From contig JAKFYJ010000010.1 of assembly GCA_021730935.1 (NCBI GenBank), positions 6,500 to 70,499 on the forward strand: 64,000 bases of DNA, given 5' to 3'. The stretch's first letter is position 1, and each line of letters starts with the position of its first letter. The DNA is from Elusimicrobiota bacterium. GTDB taxonomy: Bacteria; Elusimicrobiota; Elusimicrobia; 2-02-FULL-39-32. This document shows, piece by piece, positions 63,001 through 64,000 of the stretch. Under the pieces are notes generated by a model, which did no database searches, had not been told where the DNA came from, and was given only the letters and a program-made list of their open reading frames with translations. The translations under genes were made by a program, and so were the position numbers.

Positions 63001-64000
63001 ATAAGCCATAAAAATTATGTTGAAGCCCAGCGAAGAGCAAGTTCTGCGGATTCCATTATTTATGGCTATGCTCCCGCAAGATTTAAAGCATCTGGAACGC
63101 AGGATTCTCCGGCCTATACGGAGTTTGGTTTGGAAAATACCGCATTTGTGACGCCCTATGCCGCGGCCGCCCTTGCCACAACAGGCGATCCCGGCGCTAT
63201 GGACAATCTTAAAAAAGTCATCAGCGCTCTCCCCAAAGACGGCCGGCCTCTGCCTGACGCTCTCGACCCCAAAACAGGAAAAGTTCACTATTCGGGAGCG
63301 TTATCCCTCGACAATGCGCTTTTCTTCCTTTTTTCAAATTATGAAACCCTGCGGCAAGTCATAAAGAAAACGAACTGGTATCCTCAGGTGGAAGAACAGC
63401 TGAAACTGATGGATAGAATCAACAGCATTTCGAGCATTCAGGACAGAACAGGAATAGCGGCCCGGACAGCCTCCTCATCGGTGCTCAGGCTTGTGCGGGT
63501 GAATCGGGGGGGAATGTTGGAAGGGATCGGATCGGATTATTTGCCTGTCACTGGGGCAGGTCCCAGGCGCGAAGCCGCAAGCTATTTCCCTCCCTTTTAC
63601 GCGCCGATCACTCCAGGGGCCCTCCTTGAATCCGGGAATCGCGCAGTGGGTTCAGTCGCGTCACGAATCGTGAGATCGAGGATCACAAGACAGAGCTCTG
63701 GACCTCAATCTCCCCAGGAACCGTCAGTCCGAGCAGGGGCTGTCGATGAAAATCTCCGGTCTCTTGCCGATGTCTTTGCTCAGGAAAAAGATTTGGAATC
63801 CTGGAGCAATGAACAAATGGGCCAGCACCTGCGGAATGTGGATTTTGTTCGCAAGAATTATCTGAATGAACTTCAGGAATACGCGAATCTGTTCGGAGAG
63901 CCGACAATACTTGACGTTTCCGCGACCGATGCCCAGCAGGCAAGAAAGATTTGGGGCGTCATTATATCGCGGGTTCGCGACTTGGAGCGGGCCAACGACA
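44977..64000 (+). CDS. Second giant multi-domain envelope protein, 3'-partial (>=6,341 codons in window)
   Basis: Frame 1 is open from ATG 44977 (the first start after the in-frame TGA at 44941-44943) to the window end. I read it through by eye and spot-checked it at several positions. No + strand frame-1 ORF is listed in the track between 45 and 64 kb, which fits a single ORF without a stop in the window. Coding-type codon bias is present. Confidence 0.88.
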   Translation, partial: MIGFWASKLNLHWLKSTAAVLACALLFSFIAPPFAQAGIWEDRRKAVEQMNRDKEKTRDAFKPARSVPSASTEPKVSIPGFGDGFTVPSGLGSVVESWGGTQTLEAKAKGYPLVIHIQDAHGFYGAQKNEAALLKHISESSSPILVSAEGAWTPVDARWLEALPDPGFRSVAAENLLRSGEITGEQFLAITEGAEKIKITGAEDERIYKANLKSRELLESERPAILAKLNESLNRINETKKIVFQDKLLSLDIASRQFEAQKITLAEYLKFVQSRFALDPAKYPSLRQLSDLAASEDALPMSAVEQERKSVLDSLSDKLDKMTLAQLAQTSLNFRTGKMPASVFYDTLIKLARVNNIPTPSLDKYLDYLARSESLDPQKALAELKSFESEAMLSLAAGRPEPQKLIIESRGMRSRLKFWDEKFSPADWAEYQKMQSENFAEGVPGGKLSAAQLKFLQDAYYKLAFKRDRIMVEKTLSAANEQASVVLVAGGFHTPGITHILREMGVPFIVIRPSLNSPAPAQTARKPFTKAEYSAFAQKYAANLEALRSGKNPESDKTIAQVIDIIQNRLSFSEPVEKDGQTLVYGAFQGDQSRVYFKMSYDRTIASEPLASADFQDALKASMGSLRALTVLADPTDVPKLVRTILYATQPNEIKGVVEDEIPKELQNPGADEIAERLKLAAAVARAKGAQTPAPSPAPTDNQPAASKKSGSATFNLPRASSFFLPLLLVSGAALAVYGVQLLSGLHLSPEIAMHLPSIQGNSSGIWGAAAALPTLSVMKVLDIFLDRKNNLRSEANQELQDRGYTVVEFRDEGVSPFSQAGQYKGPLAELTEKARVVPSEVTAKPLKHFETGRDISVRYKGAQAVIAMVNGLSEWIIEHSNGNGAILYRETPGGLEIIARDFGRPISNLSKLDRLLEFARDVACSGRAGTFTIESGGKHNKYNGIVWNPEISKSEVKNGSYIVIDLKRQVVGGAVVHTGTQKLDENPVSSDATETPTAQDWYTAYVSAKALPMIQNGKHQFSMTRFEINAAARDNNFVFKPTLLGDIIAKPATIEVNEYTLTLNPEGPNVRVMIKRNDQNFSPPKAHNLVQNVAASAAALFVAKSGLFLLGWAASPILLSLGFALMSGGAVIGMILGGQALAVGFMRALSSLGTASPEREAELREKLAARGFDIDKIKFKDLGRFTSARTSGGNRVGISPWLAFKFNNRLLDGLMTRIILPMIVEHEGLRNDLFRRGYVRSNTFIVYLAKSLKFNSFTPKSNTSNDITLQTASNKTRLWESFARSAIVLVPMGLALFSYLTSASGLMTIPLVTAILNGSGSFIVPLMAKIPFLSGVAGGAPVAVIGLMFTLIVFELSGQMVGEIYRIILKQMGYRTAGIGLTSGKDEVLQALKEDHGLDDQTLETLRALSRSGLTRLYVALEREKISQQGDQKALANAKRKQMHEQEQQKFMQSAPLLVRPFYFGFNKIVHLINDLVGIFHSFVFQFYIDSFSRYALGRSSKLSDEQKIHLNNYARSLAGRITADGRVNIPASLTSSNLSLKAGYSFGNMMRFVPGAYLWQSNVFLRGTINLLKKRSTLYMISSVFGKGLLPHILSPPVLESSALYFVAAFLFFRFLYSVYESLKARQTAGSDKSIQRPRILWSKLAWALTVVMVSIVVTGVLSPDASFIQSLFVQSSVNPGIHQFLGSNYLEVINPATIKLFGLNLHFSFQGIISPLLTTLGIGFTGYLRSETLQRAASNEQYQGTLSGFSVEQVENAIANLNKLENNDAIKIARALKRDILAGYVQRGGSHVNASDYERDRLLKLLETAVGEKNLWDISAPNLAEVLVGGVKSLRTLGRISTLDSLSHGTFSMWTVTPEIQAVVYGAGQIDSVINHLPFVHGVETRAELDLIKTAESSMRNSPNPQHSALQALHSNVELDKTAAERMISAVEHLPSDAKADTVAQALHETASKVSWVTDTVNLVESDQQGVMSLGDQFGKWIYAATGFEFGEQNRTAELRTMFNIAARNLQNEKILSSMARDREKDSTARENEPVKQDIQVKSDRMISENISTPRIPLRTNPAPVSAASGGSGPGGGGNGGPGDGKNLLSFISPIAFGSSLISGTLPLGSQIQKVGEVAYNASGLPQFLTNPFGPKDAVTDFIPSRAEQSDQTAVSNAPYDERLIQEVRDRQTANAQNKTMMTVIHADDALNSDPKNKIYDRLKNSVSARLFREEIERARQASRIAGNSNFLDLFVQGRFSRGPLLRYSPDSTSPATRLDGSSSDIGRAAGQILGRTFGQGQGIRGLSENSNPLSPSDFAPHNLIATNGELIKEVVNAAVSAVNAEKPKPVSIDKNSTVRIKETSQKIMDSDEYFRQLGQPIVQSAKTRQRTSTPARPDAQSVERQSPINLVNSAAVQSFLGIDRERLQNLIEHGENDGYFTIGLLSYFLGHDDPSTAVIEGQGYSADQVDQLFQKFVFLKDNQAFMKIFNLDGRDGRSLLSDFESAGILTYFADSLRDVNGDGRLDFVVPGGSQSAVSQTPSVQDSIRNFASSLGQNAVDIVDGVPVLRFTDAAGTPYVPDALDANLFFSAWAGILFSEVYGDFTNPAAESSYQGLNRLGLILQTASADPKERSTAITVLAHYGVLALRFEPVKDANGKIIGVTQRIWTDRNQDGIETPDEVFTAPQTMDSDTYLQSIIFASRLPGVRVRLENQEIIFINPRTNEPYITVDLMTLAGLKDGNGNLTAQALQAIAVLAYSENTALKLVPIWSSDDPATRRIVGGRMEIWHDSNGNGVLDGPEELAMPPQNIDPDVLAHGAAYISSLTGVVEYHSGDAVVMTSDGRPFMRIDLEVLSGIKSENGKPTADAVLAQSILGLYSGLSLYVKATENGLVLRRYTDVDHDGKFTEGVDKPASPDESIDPNESAWLQVQISEMPEMVKLVSSKIYQQLQVQANGEDKAAASLAKGSLGKIQAFADLGFIDQEGFQRDLTGKQRETIPLEENIRVQNMLISHPAMLAELDPEAAKFLRVNGKLNNIADLEALSGDKNANQSDRLMAQKILGLGAFIAGLTTKVIYDDQGNPVNVLLSVVVRKYGKESRLDFPLRSTDPRPAKMLYDLFLNAHEAVLMNIENFAKIINEGRGEFIPVNPTTEMLVDPNAFLGSLFFGNYGVLTQPVTFEMFGLDNLSVDLDGDGKPDEVTRFSILTASSRNPADGETPDEKLARESNNEKIQYIQKVNSIVTDLALNRGIYEKETGKDIQVMLREMNEAANGDFREWVRTAYGREPRMTEGDFYFLLFLERDASIRGVTIHDLLYDKRFKAELILTRIFFDSGIAQRRSVARWDKKLSEDMFRDVLMNQAEYVADLLNDASTATEQIDRSRVTLLQLLKDFDDAKRKVAAGIEKTDILKDLEYRILSEDRQLRSFPNTLDDAVMNLKNVLGYSPADHVTFDSDAESVNKLLTAFGVPDHHSLTIQLAQQRVERARAAIPSEYPISFSLRDSINLLRVVSGGVDPISVLNLETRGNFIDPSRRHRINAAILAYAQAVFDLDKITIEEAGKARDAGRLLSFWESELKAVESKVSNLTARIREEEIKVAADNAPLRTLEDLRSQLDDANKSLITARRSYLRYQNQSLKFVNPVAPFEGPKVSPVVRFLEGSEKVVANVLHPQAAVFKGIKFIGKIFGKTTVSLDETLRNIRTNPLTQASAPFGDSSEIGSVINQALERNEDFRKAVTQISIENSNQKALSGSKWPSISVIGRYFSFLDPTGVNPRKFGDFLTKGDLFLNLGLNWSAYDSQRAVKRHMIQNNLDIARLGVVQTANKFYSAVARSLQDRLNLKLQIAATESYIDNLKEQYENTRRYKDSNIDVNVDQASLERQIEDAESSRRETQENLILSEGKIRDLAGNQANDLLIRSESMTPDQLEKSLSFMRFEGLVREDKVNGKTVSVFTDHAQDEIKSFRSNLDAASDALRVLQAREIVENLKSVKKSSPRAFNKADTIFNQMNVLYDNPKMAPGLKTSQLDRLLQDLFTLAENSPEILIVKAKRIAINLGSNSKLADDEVLAMEEIWNDEKLSPRDKKNKLQTAFETLHLKVHGSDLDSADSERIQTLRDAVERLKTVASGSDDAISQLEKISAILIADRTQARPEGIVPIFSRLSETLKWKGREGMFLSEMFQTWDTAFMGRFDPFVDYRIALKESEIHQMSALVANGMEPISVNLESITLLHKSLDPNNPENSSSNARNDPNSPQYQSGKISQGLVKYGTLAIPVIPAKAMGGIYKVFDKLKLGKDPVTRTMFSIFLPGYSENRARPARVLTERDRARNAFRNADNVLLRTVNQINGDIQAYLESDEVNYEVLTQAQERISAQVPDMDEPLPPLESKSRNDTMRGFLKNINVLVTNAGAVRSVSRSNLLSQGINLAGMSRQTSGDAGERLIVGFSPGSQLAAGSPRVVQAEGRAKVESDILEAMKIAGTRSRASLNFVPDPEFLTQTHPGKFLWSTARNPSLGMTLFDRSSITPAQLRTQEHRAKWAEIGVDAEKMRSADQIEDAYGQIAELLVAQQMPETIRQTILQKFGYVTGAGFKGSLENLSQEQTQNQFRNLFYTASSNLSHAMAQLKTAAGINSGYLISASLPENFDKMVSLGTNITALVQPDFITLPEVRQMNEDFDRLKSQNAAVRQERLFPVINANIVRNRFSDTTELQTQLFWRFVGENVNARSATLKSFMRTVDLQIEDRTRNLANFNERQRSNVTRAAEQLEQLDKEISIVSDLLTKSNEQYERNEITVAPVMSLVSRLGQLYRDRIHVVMVFATTYDYLAEISGLDNLETVMKKQGMVDSDGESSITNIIRELKPQIEEQERLAAESKDKPYVMPADWAGLKDRAPPAFVQNPGKPAIAFQSQTKVFSIARKGQPFNMSIGHLSIAPASLNQSMAEFMKSQNIPDTDLHIVNHADLAGLLHEALGNDDMRYSIPEYKREQISRNFFRVLPRVYESLKGARSPDDLPNILSSSVFDAYASRLIPKLNVLLSSPEVQSQSDSNLVKKFALAFMYAVEMTEEVSESQQDRFLTDRVDYDLNMLRIGLLKRQGDRAISQEDFEKYMTWEADRGNLWTRLMITKRMPAADKDRYVAAAHKFIAQFFPKTEQAQALKDRELTKFGDLRLESMYRSLMSFAMANNLTPEDLNNYMKVVGGFIPEVQKFTSQATLQDLSQLAESERIRLLLERLSPADTRWSADEKRSLEAQLKIEIEEARDSMTLSIAMFWSQEFLRDFAFLRDGKYDLKAASQGATLRLMQANFKSFMDKAAQLREMKATIDGVPNVNPVEVLLQRQRGLSSGQKINWFEAENQGFVSSLVVDSIRENWDTMPSQQNELPELKAHLLNLVSLSNDAFNPGKSNGHLQNVKKYFDLIGRRLDFKLKPGNGSDPAEIKTEWGVLNGMLIGLEHIYRKIGLTEQEIRQGLEDYVLVRDIIVKENIDIAESLDTYYLTAAYHADDIDTGERLDLSLPRRAAFRQMIEKIALDNDQRIKASLEYGSDNNFASKAIHEILRQYQSKQKSERAQRQKEYRDEIARDPVTSIERMKSLLASKARIAFKEISLDKEKFLDSTQLSFLAYRMVEFGYTPEETLERFVYLMERVKEHYLNVFKMPLTQEDEFYIASSADAIWQKWGYIDPKDRPEVDRRIAALPKIGNIQFHNLEELIQFEVNNSSQKYSSMKAIINMDSFQELARAQGRKITSIPASPPGTIDSVFNAETQNVSYKALTNLRYGVIQGRASGQPDRPVDHIVIDNTQDRRSDTKSTNIAMDLLSAITAYESGKVSFKQAEYLDTVNHIRQVLSALKELKAGSKPAPGNIFPENIDIGTSLKPHREPDGTVRYSSIDSGWLTFALSVVYNYFGKSEDGSPRDPGLAAAAWDLIKDQDYGVFVRPEDRGQLNQLFTLGSAGEIRYSANHYLDRNSEARVIVPALTAIKNAQGRNMLPESAWDAMEYNSSDQQGLKVANGYKFNGFVEMIGNAFFDEAALAPNALGISHKNYVEAQRRASSADSIIYGYAPARFKASGTQDSPAYTEFGLENTAFVTPYAAAALATTGDPGAMDNLKKVISALPKDGRPLPDALDPKTGKVHYSGALSLDNALFFLFSNYETLRQVIKKTNWYPQVEEQLKLMDRINSISSIQDRTGIAARTASSSVLRLVRVNRGGMLEGIGSDYLPVTGAGPRREAASYFPPFYAPITPGALLESGNRAVGSVASRIVRSRITRQSSGPQSPQEPSVRAGAVDENLRSLADVFAQEKDLESWSNEQMGQHLRNVDFVRKNYLNELQEYANLFGEPTILDVSATDAQQARKIWGVIISRVRDLERAND
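45290..46520 (+). other. TraB/PrgY/ChaN (Tiki-superfamily)-like domain
   Basis: YPLVIHIQDAHGFYGAQKNEAALLKHI..ILVSAEGA at the start (cf. GT.H....Q/S ... VE) and VVLVAGGFHTPGITHIL (46424-46480, cf. V(V/A)GAGH..GI) at the end. Confidence 0.35.
47135..50170 (+). other. TM-helix-rich region of gene 2 with interspersed soluble inserts
   Basis: FFLPLLLVSGAALAVYGVQLL; AALFVAKSGLFLLGWAASPILLSLGFALMSGGAVIGMILGG; AIVLVPMGLALFSYL; GGAPVAVIGLMFTLIVFEL; ALYFVAAFLFFRFLY; LAWALTVVMVSIVVTGVL; IISPLLTTLGIGFTGYL. Confidence 0.8.
52828..53900 (+). repeat. About 3 tandem ~120-aa repeats, each carrying a DxDxDG-type calcium-binding loop
   Basis: Loops at 52936-52971 (DRNQDGIETPDE), 53296-53334 (DSNGNGVLDGPEE) and 53623-53652 (DVDHDGKFTE). 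The flanks align as ..(I/V)LA(H/Y)..L.L..(V/I)... W.D.N.(D/N)G....P(D/E)E ... (I/V)DL..L.G(L/I)K..NG..TA.A(L/V). Confidence 0.6.
56071..56643 (+). other. TolC/outer-membrane-efflux-protein (OEP)-like repeat 1
   Basis: INQALERNEDFRKAVTQISIENSNQKALSGSKWPSISVIGRYF...LFLNLGLNWSAYDSQRAVKRHMIQNNLDIARLGVVQTANKFYSAVARSLQDRLNLKLQIAATESYIDNLKEQYENTRRYK..NVDQASLERQIEDAESSRRETQENL..KIRDLAG is collinear with the TolC-family pattern (A...NP.L..A......A......A.....P.(L/I)...G.Y ... (L/F).(L/W)..(F/Y)D.....(V/I)..A...(A/N)...L......(V/I)..A(Y/F)......(L/Q)........Y..G.....(V/L)..A...L..A...). Confidence 0.55.
58969..59395 (+). other. TolC/OEP-like repeat 2
   Basis: RLFPVINANIVRNRFS...LFWRFVGENVNARSATLKSFMRTVDLQIEDRTRNLANFNERQRSNVTRAAEQLEQLDKEISIVSDLLTKSNEQYERNEITVAPVMSLVSRLGQLYRDRIHVVMVFATTYDYLAEISG follows the same pattern as repeat 1. 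A shorter OEP-like piece lies at 58441-58612 (SLGMTLFDRSSITPAQLRTQEHRAKWAEIGVDAEKMRS..). Confidence 0.5.
62250..63350 (+). other. (alpha/alpha)6-barrel glucoamylase-like / beta-1,2-glucanase-like (DUF3131/GH144/cyclic-glucan-synthase-type) domain
   Basis: TKSTNIAMDLLSAITAYESGKVSF (from 62314; cf. TSPTN(I/L)G..LLS..AA..LG.I), YSSIDSGWLTFALSVV (62551-; cf. (Y/V)S.VDSGNLA..L), C-terminal ..LSLDNALFFLFSN (cf. (I/L)DQGP..(L/M)(M/I)EN). Confidence 0.5.

Overview
About 97% of this 64-kb window is taken up by two co-directional giant genes on the + strand.

Gene 1 (nt <1..42984) is one stop-free frame of at least 14,327 codons and is still 5'-truncated by the window edge. In order, it encodes:
- arrays of ~69-aa YD-like repeats (V.Y.YD..G+L...G.G.F..NDG.GN.T.G.I.Q.Y.V.NGQAKL);
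- a Tyr-heptad coiled coil;
- two further repeat families (~75 aa and ~78 aa);
- a short canonical YD/RHS-like stretch;
- three clusters of transmembrane helices;
- a ~2,050-aa region with no signature I recognise;
- a SecA-like DEAD ATPase module that is collinear with SecA but catalytically degenerate;
- a ~2,700-aa mostly helical region;
- a C-terminal series of enzyme-like signatures (nucleotidyltransferase-like, HExxH, PARP/ART-like, JAB/MPN-like) interleaved with more TM helices.

Gene 2 (44977..>64000) is at least 6,341 codons and runs off the 3' edge. It is NOT in the supplied ORF track, presumably because it has no stop codon in the window. It starts with a signal peptide and contains:
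- a TraB/Tiki-like domain;
- many TM helices;
- ~120-aa repeats with DxDxDG calcium-type loops;
- TolC/OEP-like repeats;
- an (alpha/alpha)6 glucoamylase/beta-1,2-glucanase-like domain.

Between the giants lie three small elements:
- a minus-strand PemK/MazF-type toxin plus small antitoxin. This 600-bp cassette is bracketed by an exact 16-bp direct repeat that contains both the stop codon of gene 1 and the start codon of the next gene;
- a stand-alone CheY-like receiver;
- a 305-codon ORF that overlaps the gene 2 start by ATGA.

I saw no rRNA, tRNA, CRISPR array or transposase. From memory, the combination of giant size, many TM regions, a divergent SecA DEAD domain and a carbohydrate-active domain resembles giant genes reported from metagenomic Candidatus Omnitrophota. 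That attribution is inference. All domain calls are by-eye motif and collinearity recognition. No searches or computations were run.
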